Source: Octopus sinensis
Taxonomy: Eukaryota
Reading direction: 5' to 3'
NCBI RefSeq assembly: GCF_006345805.1
Contig: NC_043005.1
Span: 78,678,001 to 78,742,000 of the forward strand
Length of the DNA: 64,000 bases
Under the pieces are notes generated by a model that saw only the letters and a list, made by a program, of their open reading frames with translations, made no database searches and was not told the origin of the DNA. Position numbers and translations under genes: made by a program. Each line of letters starts with the position of its first letter. The first letter of the stretch is position 1. Below, one piece after another: positions 1-12,479 of this stretch.

Positions 1-119
1 AATCTGCCATTGAAAATGGCCGAATGCCAGTTGGTTCATTAAAGCGTTGTTAGTAAACATCGCTGACACACTACGTTGCCTGAAAAAATAAAGCATTTAG
101 GGTGAGGGAGATATGCTGT

Positions 120-188
120 GATATCTTCCTATCATTTATTTTCATTATCTGCCTATCTATGTGTTTATCTCTCTCTCTCACTCTCACT

Positions 189-244
<56 letters not shown>

Positions 245-665
245 GTGTGGTGTGTGTGTGTGTGTGGTGTGTGTGTGTGTGTGTATATGTATGTATATAT
301 GTCTGTCTGTCTGTTGATCTATTTATCTTTGTCTTTCTGTCTATTTTCTATCTGACCGCCAATCAATCACTCTATCACTTATTACTTCCCGCATTCACTG
401 TATGTATATATTTATGTATGTACGTACGTATATATGTACGCATGTGTGTAAAAATATATATGTATGTGTGTATGTTTATAGGCATGTGTGTATGTATGTG
501 TGAGTGTGTATGTATGCATTTATGTACTTATGTACGTATGTGTGCATGTATGTATTTATGAATGTATGTCTGCATGTATTACGTACGTGTGTATGTATAT
601 ATGTATGTAGTACATACGTATGTATTTATGTGTGTGTATGTATACATCTATCTATCTATCTATCA

Positions 666-728
<63 letters not shown>

Positions 729-793
729 CATACATCCATCCTTCCGGCCGTCTGTCTGTATATCTATCTATCTATTTATCTATCTCTTTCTTT

Positions 794-854
<61 letters not shown>

Positions 855-860
855 TTTATT
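120..860. repeat. Compound microsatellite block (CT)n/(AT)n/(GT)n/(TATG)n/(TATC)n
   Basis: Directly visible simple repeats; the overlapping ORFs are low-complexity translations. Confidence 0.95.
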
Positions 861-1637
861 ATTTATATTGCATATATTATATTATATTATCTCTCTGCCT
901 GCAAAATCAGACACACAGACGCACACACACATATATGTACACATTTACATACTTTCTATATATATATATACGTACACAAACACATCACATGATTTACCTA
1001 CCTCTTTCTCCATCTGGCTCTCTCTCTCTCTGCTCACCCTACCCTGCCCCTCTTCCTCGTTCTCTCCCCTTTTCAGTAAGTTTCACATATCGTTCTTTCT
1101 TCCATATCTCCACTTTTGTTTATCCCTGTTTTGCTTAAGTTTGGTTTTACGACCTTTCCACTTTCCTAATCATTTCTTTCATTTTCCTTTTACATCCGAT
1201 ATTCCTCTTTCTCGCTCTGATTCTTTCTTTTAATTTCTTTTTCTCTTTCCTTCAACATTGATTATTTTCCTGCATATATTTCTTTTCCCTTCGACCCTTT
1301 TCACGCTTCACCTTTTAACATCTCTCCATCATCCTCGCTCAAATAATAGAACTTGTTTGGTCTGAGAGCCCCGATGAGAGGGTCATCTAATAACAATATT
1401 CATCAGTTTGAATTAAAGATGAATATTTGGTCGGTCTGGACGCTCTAATCATCATCACCATCATCATGATCTCATGATGATGATGATGATGATGATGAAC
1501 ATCATCATCATCATCCTCATCGTCGTCGTCCTCCCTCCAGTCCTTCTCCTCCTCATTTTTTTTTGTTTATGTATTATGGGTATTGTCAGCGATTTAAATT
1601 TTCCAATTGTTGTTATTGGTATTGCTGTTCGTTTTAA

Positions 1638-1795
1638 AGGCACGTGGCTTAGTGGTTAGAGCATTCGCCTCCCGATCGTAAGGTCTTGAGTTCGTTTCGT
1701 GGTGGCGCGTTGTGTCCTTCAGCAAGACATTTTATTTCATGCTGTCCCAGTCCACTCAGCTAGCAAAAATGAGTTTACCTGTAATTCAATGGGGC
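1638..1795 (+). mobile_element. tRNA-derived CORE-type SINE
   Basis: A-box-like GGCTTAGTGGTTAGAGC, B-box-like GAGTTCGTTTC, then GTGTCCTTCAGCAAGACA (CORE-like); homologous minus-strand copy at 38395-38550. Confidence 0.75.
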
Positions 1796-1799
1796 CATC

Positions 1800-2055
1800 G
1801 TCATTACAGCCTGTGTCACAATCTGGTCATCCTCATCACAATCTGGCCATCCTCGTCATAATCTGTGTCTCAATCTGTGTCACAATCTGTGTATTTCAAC
1901 GGGGCCATCCTCGTCATAATCCGACCTTCCTGGTCACAATCTGTGTCTCAATCTGTGTCACAATCTGTGTATTGCAATGGAGCCCTCCTCATCACAATCC
2001 GACCATCCTCGTCCCAATCTGTGTATTTCAATGGAGCAATCCCCGTCACAGTCTG
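1800..2055. repeat. Degenerate minisatellite built from CACAATCTGTGT and CCATCCTCGTCA modules
   Basis: Repeated TCACAATCTG(T/G) and ATCCTCGTCATAATC motifs. Confidence 0.8.
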
Positions 2056-2059
2056 TAAA

Positions 2060-2222
2060 CAATTTTTTGGGGAGGGAACCAGTCGATTAGATCAACCCCA
2101 GTACGCAACTGGAACTTAATTTCTCGACCCCGAAAGGATGAATTTGAACTCAGAACGTAGCACCAGACGAAATACCGCCAAGCATTTCGTCCCGGCTTGC
2201 TAACAATTCTGTCAGTTCGCTG
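2060..2222 (-). mobile_element. Meta-domain tRNA-SINE fragment
   Basis: Matches the abundant window family (CCCCGAAAGGATG, TTTGAACTCAGAACGT). Confidence 0.8.
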
Positions 2223-2537
2223 CCAAAATATTAATTAATACCCGCAATGTCTTCTAATGCAAGTTATACTTCACAGTTTAAATTCTATTCAACTCAGAGT
2301 TGAGCAATATAGTAGAAAACGGTAGGAATATGTCAAAAACCTTTGCTTCGCTTTTGAGATGTTTGAGTCCTCATAAGATCATCTTGTCGATCTTCAAGCT
2401 CGTTCAGGTTTTGTTATCAAGAGAAAGAATATTCTCAGCAAAAGTCATAAAGAGGGTCACATTTGTTTACTTATCTAACAAATATGCAGTGTAGAAAATT
2501 CAATTGACATTCTACCATTTCAATATACAATACAAAT

Positions 2538-2672
2538 AAGGCGGCAGGATGGTAGAATCGTTAGATCGTCGGGCAAAATGCTTAGCGGCATTTCATCCGT
2601 TTCTCTGTTCTGTGTTCAAGTTTCGCCGAAGTCCACTTTGCCTTTCATTCTTTTAGGGTCGATAAAATAACT
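2538..2672 (+). mobile_element. Meta-domain tRNA-SINE
   Basis: AAGGCGGCAGGATGGTAGAATCGTTAG head, GTTCAAGTTTC B-box, GCCTTTCATTCTTTTAGGGTCGATAAAATAA body. Confidence 0.8.
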
Positions 2673-2763
2673 ACCTGTTCTATATTTAAGAGATGAGGAA
2701 TTATGTACATTATTTACATTATTTACATTTGACGGATTTTTTGTCCTCATCTTGTTTCTTGTT

Positions 2764-2809
2764 AACACAATGTTTTGGCTGATATACCCTCCAGCCTTCA
2801 TCAGGTGTC
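2764..2809 (-). ncRNA. Type I hammerhead motif, CpG-decayed
   Basis: Minus strand gacac CTGATGA a ggctgg agggtata tcagcc AAA ACAT T gtgtt; both defects (GAAA to AAAA, ACGT to ACAT) are CG to CA changes. Confidence 0.75.
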
Positions 2810-2981
2810 TTGGGGAAATTTCGAACCTGGGTTCTCATTCCTAAGGTATTTTTCCATGTTATTATTATTACTATTATTATTATTGTTGTTGTGTTGTTGT
2901 TGTTGTTGTTGTTGTTGTTCTTCTTCTTCTTCTCTTCTTCTTCTTCTTCTTCTTCTTCTTCTTCTTCTTCTTCTTCGTCTT

Positions 2982-3014
<33 letters not shown>

Positions 3015-3109
3015 ATTATTATTATTCAGGTCACTGCCTGGAATCGAACTCGGAATTTTGGGGTTAGTAGCCCGCGTTCTTAACCACTATGCCATGGTGT
3101 AGTGGTTAA

Positions 3110-3138
3110 GACACCTGATGAAGCCGAAACGTTGTGCT
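3110..3138 (+). ncRNA. Type I hammerhead motif with stem II deleted
   Basis: gacac CTGATGA agcc GAA ACGT T gtgct; core and palindromic ACGT intact, stem II collapsed. Confidence 0.7.
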
Positions 3139-3495
3139 AACAACAAACAATATGAGGACAAATATCCGTCAAATATAAATAACGTAAATAAGTACTTGTT
3201 GAACATTAGGATCAGTTTAATCGACTTAACTCCCACCCGCGAACTTGTGTGAGAATTTGAAACCAATATACAATACAAACGCCTATGCCATAACCTTTCT
3301 TGTATACAGAAGGTTATTTGAATATTCTCATACCTTTCGGGGTTGATAAAGTAAGTGCTAGTTCATCAGATAGCGGGAGTGAAAGATAAGAGACATGGGG
3401 AGAGGAAAGAGGAGAGAAGGAGAAAGCGACAAAGCGAGAGAGAGAAAGAGAATAACATGAAAGAAAAAGGTAAAAGTTCTGATTAGCTTTCATTA

Positions 3496-3733
3496 CTGTA
3501 ATACCTCGCCATATCGCGTTTCACCTATCGCGGTTTATCTAACGCGGTTTATCTAACGCGGTTTATTATTTCAGCTCTGTGGTGTTGTTTTGCATTTGTA
3601 ATAAAATAAATATATACAAACTATAAAAATAATATATAAAAATATGCAGCACAGTACTGTTTCTACTTCGCGGGTTTTCACCTATCGCGGGTGTTTTTGG
3701 AACGTAACACCCGCGATAGTCGAAGGATTACTG
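3496..3733. mobile_element. Tigger/pogo-type MITE
   Basis: TA-flanked imperfect TIRs CTGTAATACCTCGCCATATCGCG and CGCGATAGTCGAAGGATTACTG; 238 bp, non-coding. Confidence 0.75.
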
Positions 3734-4519
3734 TAATTATGAGGCAATTGATACGAAAAATAAGAAAATAAGGAAACGAAAATAACTAGTGTATGTATAA
3801 AATATATAAAGCACACATACACACACACACACACACACACATGAAAGGCAAAGTCGACCTCGGCGGAATTTGAACTCAGAACGTAACTGCAGACAAAATA
3901 CCGCTAAGCGTTTCGCCCGGCGTGCTACCGCTTCTGTTAGCTTGCCGCCTTATAAAAGTAAAAATATTGAAGAAGAAAATCTCGTCCGAGAAGACCTCAA
4001 ACAGATTCCTCGTTTCCTGGATTTTTATCCCATCATTTATAAAATCCACCATTTTGTATATCTCATTAATGGCGAGTCAGCGTTGCAGCACAAAGCAGGT
4101 GATGATATTAAATCGTATAATGTTATTTGTTCTTCAAAGTTTGCCTTGTCATCCGTATGTACATACGCCATCTTTATTTTTACACACATTCCCGTTGTTG
4201 CTGTTTGCGTTGTCTTATTATGATGAATACCATTTGAATTTTTTAGCAAATGTATTAAATAAACAAAATGAAGCAAATAAATAAATGAATGCATAAATAA
4301 ATACATGAATTCGTTGTCTGTGGATGTGACGTAGGCATCATGAACATTTGTGAAACAGTTGTTTAAACGTGTTGACAAGATGAGGCCAGTAAATTTATGT
4401 GCCTTACGAACTTGTAATAATCCAGCGGCCGGGGCCACGAGCAATATTGGAAAATAGACTTATTGAAGTTAGGGGAGGAGCGGTCAATGAATCAGCGTAT
4501 GAAATAGATTGTTGAAAAT

Positions 4520-4620
4520 AATTATCAGTCTTTCTGTTTGTATGTACGTGCGTATGTATGTATGTATGTATGTATGTATGTATGTATGTATGTATGTATG
4601 TATGTATGTATGTATGTATG

Positions 4621-4654
<34 letters not shown>

Positions 4655-5065
4655 TGTATATATGTATGAATGTATGTATATACGTACGTACGGACGTATG
4701 TATGTATATCTGTATGCATGTACGTACGAACGTATGTATGTATGTATGTATGTATGTACGTACGTACGGACGTATGTATGTATATATGTATGCATTTATG
4801 TATGTACGTACGGACGTATGTATGTATGTACATACAGAGGTATGTATGTATATATGTCTGTATGTATGTACGTACGGACGAACGTATGTATGTATGTATG
4901 TTTGTATGCTTGTACGTACGCCTGTATGTATATATGTACGCACGGACATATATATGAATGTACGGACGTATGTATGTATGTATGTATGTACGTACACAAG
5001 TACGTATGAATGTAGGAACGTGTGTATGCATGTATGTATGTACGTACGCACGTATGTATGTATGA
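4520..5065. repeat. Degenerate (TATG)n array with TACG/GACG variants
   Basis: Directly visible. Confidence 0.95.
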
Positions 5066-5344
5066 TTTTTCCCTGAGTTTAATTTAGGTTCTTCTCGAGA
5101 GAGTTGAAGCTGGTTGCTAACAAAGTAACAAGACTTTTTGTGATACGGGAGCTGCCGGTGTTTGTGAATATGGGGTTGGTGTGTTGGTTGAACTGTCGGT
5201 GGATACACCCAAGCATGTGCATATATTCACATGAAGAATCTTACATGGAGAACCTTTGGAATGTCTTACAAAATCTTCATTATATCACTAATAGATCAGA
5301 TTTGGAGAATCCGCGTCAGTTTCTTTTACTCTTTTCCCGTGCTA

Positions 5345-5822
5345 CATTCACATCAACCGGGCAGCTGACCTCTACAACACAGCATGACTTTGTGCCCTCT
5401 CCCATAGAAAAATATCAGGTGTGATATGCTTGCACCGAATTGATGCTTTTATTGGGTTTTGTTGCATCAGTATTCCTTGTTCTTAAAGGTGTGAATACCT
5501 GCTTTGGATGTATACGCCAGGGCAGTCCTTCCTACGGATAACGTTATAAAAAGTCTTTGCAACTATATCATATCTCAGCGGCAGATAATATCTCGTAGAC
5601 ATTTGGGACAGCTGCTGATGATGTGAATGATATCTTCCACACTGGTATAACAGAATCGACATTTTTTATCACAGCGTAAAAGTTTGGTGGTGTTTTTATC
5701 CCTTTTGTTTATCAAGAATTTAGTAGCTGTCTCCCGTTCCTGGTTAGCGAAGGCATATACTTCTAGGTGAAATGTAATGAATATGTTGCAGGTCAGTGGA
5801 GAGCCTACTCTTCCTGTCAATG
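5345..5822 (-). pseudogene. C-terminal remnant of an RLE-bearing non-LTR retrotransposon (R4/NeSL-like)
   Basis: Zinc knuckle CRFCYTSVEDIIHIISSC, frameshifted YYLPLRYDIVAK, then PDIFLW and CCVVEVSCPVDVNVAREK (PD-(D/E) nuclease-like); frameshifts and stops. Confidence 0.75.
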
Positions 5823-6000
5823 CTGTCGTTACACATAAATATATTTAATGTGTGTGTGTGTGTGTGTGTGTGTGTTTTGTGTGTGTGTGTGTGTGTGTAC
5901 ATATACCCAGGGGGAAAATTCACAAAAAAACAAAAGACGAAAACAGGTGGTGTAGACAACAAACAGATGTATTAGTATAACGCTCGGGAAGTGAAAAAGT

Positions 6001-6036
6001 CTTTAACGTTTCGAGCCTACGCTCTTCCACAGAAAG
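6001..6036 (-). ncRNA. Minimal type I hammerhead-like motif with CUGUGGA core, in a probable Penelope pseudo-LTR fragment (about 5900-6100)
   Basis: cttt CTGTGGA a gagc gtag gctc GAA ACGT T aaag; perfect stems I and II, palindromic ACGT. Confidence 0.7.
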
Positions 6037-6139
6037 GAACTAAGAAAGAAACAAGGAGAGAAAATAAAGAATGTGTAGTGGCTAGCGATCTATTTTGGCG
6101 AATGCAGTATATATACATCAGAGGTAGAGTAACATGCTT

Positions 6140-6295
6140 TATATGCTTTATTAAAATGCAGCAAGAATATAAAAAACTGTTACTCAGTTTCACGTTCCCG
6201 TCCGTTTGACAGTTCAGAAACAAAACTATCCGACGAACGGGAACGTGAAACTTTGAGTAACATTTTTGGTGATATTTTTGCTGCTTTTAAATAAA

Positions 6296-6300
<5 letters not shown>
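6140..6300. mobile_element. Head-to-head fold-back element with two decayed hammerhead motifs (6175-6214 minus, 6223-6266 plus)
   Basis: Inverted arms about 6140-6215 and 6222-6300. Right: aaactat CCGACGA acgggaacgt GAA ACTTTGAGT A acatttt. Left: aactgt CAAACGG acgggaacgt GAA ACTGAGT A acagtt. Confidence 0.65.
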
Positions 6301-6333
<33 letters not shown>

Positions 6334-6469
6334 GCATATACATGCAGAAGCACACATACTATATACACAGACGCACATGCTCACAAACATATACACAAGG
6401 TGTAAGACAATTTAAAATGAGCAAACACCTATCCTCACGCACACGTACACACACATACACTACCTTATA

Positions 6470-7225
6470 TCTCTTTCAGTCAATAGACTGCGGCCATGCT
6501 GGAGCACCACCTTAACCAGTATGCAGTCGGAGGAACCGACCCCGGTACTTTATATAAGTCTGTTACTTATTCTGTCCATAGCACATGCCGAACAGCTAGT
6601 TTACGGGGACGGAAACACACCAACACCGGTCGTCAAGCCATGGTGCGGGACAAGCACAGACACAAAGACCCATATGTACACACACACACACACACACACA
6701 CATACACACCACAGGCACACACACATTCTTTTATTCTTTTTTCTTTTTTCACTTGTTTAGGTCATTTGACTGCGGCTATGCTGGAGCACCGCCTTTAGTC
6801 AAAAAAATCGACCCCAAGACTTATTCTTTGTACGCTTAGTACTTATTCTATCCTTCTTTTTAGCTAAACCGCTTATTTCGGGGACGTAAACACACCAGCA
6901 TATATAATATAACGGGCTTCTTTCAGTTTCCGTCTATCAAATCCACTCGCAATTATTTGGTCGGCCCGAGGCTACAACAGAAGACACTTGCCCAAGGTGC
7001 GACGCAGTGGGACTGAACTTGGAATAATATGGTCGAGGAGCAATCTTCTTACCAGACAGCCTTTTACTACTGGCTTCATTCAGTTTCCATCTACCAAATC
7101 CACTCACAATGCTTTGGTCGGCACAAGGGCTTTAGTAGAAGATACTTGACGAAGTTGCCAAGCAGTGGGACTGAACCCGGAACCATTCGGTTTGGAAGCA
7201 AGCTTTTTACCACATAGCCACGCTC
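6470..7225 (-). mobile_element. Cluster of long CORE-like tRNA-SINEs (family with GGTGCTCCAGCATGGCCGCAGTC tail)
   Basis: Reverse complement of the full copies at 12480-12872 and 48560-48950. Confidence 0.8.
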
Positions 7226-7574
7226 AAGTATGGTCTATTATTACAAGACGTTGTTATTTATGTTTCTAACCTTGTTTACAATTTTCACTTTTGAAGGAAG
7301 AAAATTATTATTTTGCACGCATTTAGTATCTTGCGTGTGTGTGTGTGTGTAGTTGTGTACGTGTGTGTGTGGTTATGGTCACGCGCACGCATGTATGTGT
7401 GTACATTTTTTGTATTTTAGATTTGTGTTCTTGCTTTTGTTTGTCTATGCATTTGCATATGTGTGCACATCTATGAGAGTGTGTATGTGAGTATCTTAAG
7501 GCAATCCTAATTATAAATATGTGTGTGTATGTGTTCATGTCTGTATATTGGCCTGTATGCATGCTATTCTTTAC

Positions 7575-8480
7575 TATTCTAGGCACAAAGCCCGACATTT
7601 TTTAGAAGTCGCGGAGCAGCCGACGAGATCAAAACCTGTGCGAAACTGGTACTTAATTTATCGACCCCGAAAGGATGAAAGGCAAAGTCGATCCGGCGGA
7701 ATTTGAACTCAGAACGCAGCGGCAGACGAAATACTATTTCTTTACTACCCACAAGGGGCTAAACACAGGAGAAGACAAAACTTGGACACACAAAAGATTA
7801 AGTCGATTATATCGACCCCAGTGCGTAAGATGTACTTAATTTATCGACACTCCAAGGGATGAAAGGCAAAGTCGACCTCGGCGGAATTTGAACTCAGAAC
7901 GTAAAGACAGACGTAAAGCCGCTAAGCATTTCGCCCGGTGTGCTAAGGTGTCTACAAGCTCACCGATTTAATAGACTCTATATTCATTTGTACTCTAGGC
8001 ACAAAGCTCGAAATTTTTGAAGAAGGGCCAGTCGCTCGGCCCCTCTCATTTCGCTCGGTGTGCTAACATTTCTTATTTCTTTATTGCCAACAAGGGGGCT
8101 ACACATAGAGGGAACAATCAAGGACAGACAAACGGATTAAGTCGATTATATCGACCCCAGTGCATAACTGGTACTTAATTTATCGACCCCCGAGGAATGA
8201 AAGGCAAAGTCGACCTCGGCGGAATTTGAACTCAGACGTAAAAGACAGACGAAATACCTATTTCTTTATTACCCACAAGGGCTAAACGTAGAGCGGACAA
8301 ACAAGGAGACATAGTATTAAGTCGATACATCGCCCCCAGTGCGAACTGGTACTTATTTAATCGACTCCGAAAGATGAAGGCAAAGTGACCCCGGCGGAAT
8401 TTGAAATCGAACATAACAGCAGACGAATACCGCTAAGCATTTCGCCCGGCGTGCAAATGTTTCTGCCAGCTCGCCGCCTT
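7575..8480 (-). mobile_element. Tandem multimer of Meta-domain SINE units
   Basis: Four to five consecutive GAAAGGCAAAGTCGACCTCGGCGGAATTTGAACTCAG units. Confidence 0.85.
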
Positions 8481-8760
8481 GTTGTATTCATGCTAGTTAT
8501 GTATTTGTGTGTATAAGTGTGTATGTGTGTGTGCGTGTCTGAATGCGTTCATCTGTGTATGTGTTTATGTTTGTATCAAAATGTGTATCTATGCTCGTCT
8601 GTATGCATGGGTACGTAAGTGTGTCTCTGCGTCTCTGTGTACACGTGTGTATGTGTTTGTGTGTGTGTGTGTGTGCAAGTCTAAGTATGTACATGTGTGT
8701 ATGCGTTTATACAATACTGTATAAGCATGCGCATACGTGTCTGTATGCATGTGTATATAT

Positions 8761-8792
<32 letters not shown>

Positions 8793-8960
8793 ATATATGT
8801 GTGTCTGTGTGTGCGCGTGTCTAAATATGTAAATCTGTGAATGAGGTTAGGTCAACATAAGCGTGTGTTCTGTCTGTATACACGTGTATGCATATGTATA
8901 TGTGTGTATGTATGTATGAGTGTGGTGGTGGTGGTGGTGGTGGTAGTGGTGGTGGTGGTG

Positions 8961-8991
<31 letters not shown>

Positions 8992-9292
8992 ATTTCAATT
9001 CATCGATGAATCATTACTGATACAAATCCTCACCAATATTCATGGATGCAAATTAAAATATTCTATACATTTCTCTGTATGTAGAATATCATGTTTGAGT
9101 AAACATATTTATACGCAAGCATTTGCATATGCGCACTGCAGTTATAACTCTTCCCTTCTCCACCCTCTCCCTCTGTCTCTATCTATCTGTCTCTCTATCT
9201 CTAATGTATGTGTGCGTACTTGTTCGCTCTTTCATGAATGCGCCCACGTGTGTGCACGTATTACATTGTATGTATGTTTGCATGTATGTATG

Positions 9293-9371
<79 letters not shown>

Positions 9372-9644
9372 AGGATTGTATATATGGATAATTTGTCTAT
9401 CTAGCATAGTCTATCATCTGTCTATCGTTTACTCTCTCTCTCTCTCTATCTATCTATTTGTCTGTCTCTATACGTGGATACCTATTTTAATACATATGTG
9501 TGTGTTGTGTGTGTGTATGTATGTATATATGTATGTATATAAATAGATATATATATATATATATATATAGATATATATATATATATATAATATATGTGTG
9601 TGGTATATGTGGAGTCTGTATGTATGTGTTGTATATTATATATC

Positions 9645-9694
<50 letters not shown>

Positions 9695-9720
9695 TACATA
9701 TATATATATATATATATATG

Positions 9721-9763
<43 letters not shown>

Positions 9764-10720
9764 GTCTATGAGGTGTGCTTAATACAGTGATTGAAGTGTA
9801 AGATGACTTTTTAAAAAAGATTCTTAAAAATAAAATGTTATGAAATCATTTATGAGGATATTACTAAAATGTTTGGCGAAGAAGTTTTTTTCTGGTGTGC
9901 GAGCGCTTTCGTTAATCCTTTTCAACCTGGCTCTATGTAAGTGCGTATAAGTATGATTGTGTAAGTGGTGGCATTTATGGTAATGAGGGCAAGGAAAGTG
10001 GGGACCATTGTCTATGTTAGTTATTCTATTGCTGTTAAGTGCCACGCCAACGGTGCCCGAGGAGTCGAATGGAATGATGAATGCATTCTATCCATCACTA
10101 CCACGTCTTTTAAGTATGTCCATAACAACATTCTCCAAACATCTCTCTCAACGAAAACGCTAGAGTGAAATTTGAAGGAAATATAGCTCCTATTTCTAGC
10201 ATCTCGTATGATCATTTAGTGGTAATTCAGTCCTTGTGTGAGTATTTTTTGTCGTGGTGTTGCTGGTGGCTTTGAATCGGCGTAGAATTCGCTTGAAATG
10301 GCGATTTATATATAAGAACTTAAGTTTAACGCTCGTGTAGCGAACGCATGCTTATATGCAATTTCCGGTAAAAAGTCTAGATGTAGCGAAATCAAATTTG
10401 GTTTTCTTAAGCCAATATAATCTGCTCTACATGGAAGTTGTTTATGATTCATAACCTATAGAAATAATTATGTATGTATGTAAGAATGTATGTATGTATG
10501 TATGTATGTATGTATGTATGTATGTATGTATGTATGTATGTATGTATGTATGTGTGTATGTATGTAGGTATGTATGTGTATGTATGTATGTATGTATGTA
10601 TGTATGTATGTATGTATGTATGTATATGTATATATTTACGTTTATCTAACTATCTGTTAGTCTGCTTGCCTGTCTTTCTGTCTGTCTGTCTGTCTGTCTG
10701 GTGTCTGTCTGTCTAGCTAC

Positions 10721-10774
<54 letters not shown>

Positions 10775-11637
10775 GTCTATCTATCTATCTATCTAGATAG
10801 ATAGATAGATTGATTAAGTGAGAGAAAGAGAGAGACAGATATATAAATAGAGAGAATGAGTGAGAGAGAAGGAGGAAGAGAGAGAGAGGGAGGAACAAAT
10901 GCGTGTGATGGATGGATACGCATACATATATGTTTATATATGTGTGTGTCTATGTGTGTCTGTGTGCGTGTTAAAATATATGTCTATATATATACACACA
11001 TACATACATGCTTCCAGCCCTCCCTCCCACCGCCCTCTCTTTCCCTCCTCCTCTCTCCTCCCCCCTCCCTCTCTCTATCCATCCATACATCAATCCCTCC
11101 ATCCATCCATAGATATAGTTGTACACACATGCACACGTACATGAATATATACATATATATGCATATACATATAGCTCCATAGTGTATATATATATGTGTA
11201 TGCGTGTGTGTATATATGTATGTATATGTGTATGCGTTGTGTATATGTATGTATGTGTTGTGTGTGTGTGTGTGTACGTGTATATGTGTGAACGAAAGTA
11301 TATGTGTACAAATGTATATAAGCATATATAAATACATACACACAAACTCATACGCATACGCGTATATATACGCACACACGCGTATATATTTGTTTATGTC
11401 TATGTAACTATTTATTTCTATGGAATTCCGCTTGTTCACTTATCATTTCTTTAAAATTAAATTCCCCTGTATTTTTTTAATTTCTTAATTCCTCCTAGCA
11501 ATATATCAAGTATACAAATTATTGAGTACACCAACGTGTAGAAACCTCCCCCACTCCCCGATTTATTCCTTTTACGTTCAATGTTTTTGAAAGGAATTCT
11601 TCACGGATCTCCATATGATTAATATTTTTGGAAAATA

Positions 11638-12190
11638 TTGGGTTGTCCGGAAAGATCGTGCCGATTTTTTAAAAAAATATATACTTGCCATTACATTTTT
11701 AATCAACCAAATATGAACCATTTTGTTGCACAATGCGTCTCCGTCTTTCCTTTAACTTGAAAATACCCTCTTCCCAGAAGTCAGGTTGCTTCATGGCAAA
11801 GAATTCATCAAGGTATCGTTTTAAGTCATCCAAGGAATTGAAATTTTTACCATTAAGACTATTCTGCAGATACCTGAATAAGTGGAAATCCGAAAGAGCA
11901 ATATATGGTGAATATGGAGGGTGGGGTAACACATCCCGGCCGAGCTGCAGCAATTTTTGTCTGGTTCGCAAAGCACAAGGGCCGAAAATGAACTTTCTTA
12001 TCTTCCATTTTAAAGGGTTACAAAATTAACACAGGTTATAGGAACATAAACATTCTTCCACGAAAAGATAGCTCAAACTGTGCTCTAAATGGAGGTGTCG
12101 TCAAATCCTATTTTATTGACTCAACCATGTTATAAAATAAGTCGAAAGATAAGCTGCTATAAATCGGCACGAACTTTCCGGACAAAACAA
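11638..12190 (-). mobile_element. Internally deleted mariner element
   Basis: TA-flanked TIRs TTGGGTTGTCCGGAAAGATCGTGCCGATTT and AAATCGGCACGAACTTTCCGGACAAAACAA; N-terminal MEDKKVHFR fused to C-terminal RTRQKLLQLGRDVLPHPPYSPYIALSDFHLF...NGSYLVD (YSPDL-type motif). Confidence 0.92.
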
Positions 12191-12381
12191 TATATACTTT
12201 GGCCTGCCTCTTCACAATGCATTTCAACTCCTCCGGTTGCGATTTTCTTGCCTTCCCGTTCTCAATGTAAGACAATGTGAACACGTATTAAAAATCAAAC
12301 AGTGAGATATTTCCTACTAAACTACATAAAAGTGAGAAAAACAGACCCAAAACACTAAAAAAAAAAAAATTAAATATAGCT

Positions 12382-12465
12382 GTCGGGATGGCCGGACGGT
12401 CTAAGGCGCTGCGTTGAGGTCACAGTCGGGTCATCCCGTCGTAGGTTCAAATCCCACTCCTGACA
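12382..12465 (+). tRNA. tRNA-Leu-like gene, probably a pseudogene, anticodon GAG (derived from Leu-CAG)
   Basis: GTCGGGATGGCCGGACGGTCTAAGGCGCTGCGTT-GAG-GTCACAG...GTAGGTTCAAATCCCACTCCTGACA; acceptor stem paired, long variable arm CGGG-TCAT-CCCG, mismatches in anticodon and T stems, TTTT downstream. Confidence 0.8.
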
Positions 12466-12479
12466 AGAATTTATTTTAT

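Larger units (their letters stand above)
2677..3190. mobile_element. Palindromic tRNA-head plus hammerhead SINE-like element, copy 1
   Basis: Minus arm: tRNA-like head (about 3027-3095), microsatellite spacer, tail with HHR. Plus arm: inverted shortened copy. Same architecture at 29503-29976. Confidence 0.8.

Noticed and set aside
4037-4444. 135-aa minus-strand ORF in unique sequence
   Set aside because: No recognisable domain, a TTG start, and the hydrophobic part derives from an ATAA-like repeat; more likely UTR or regulatory DNA.
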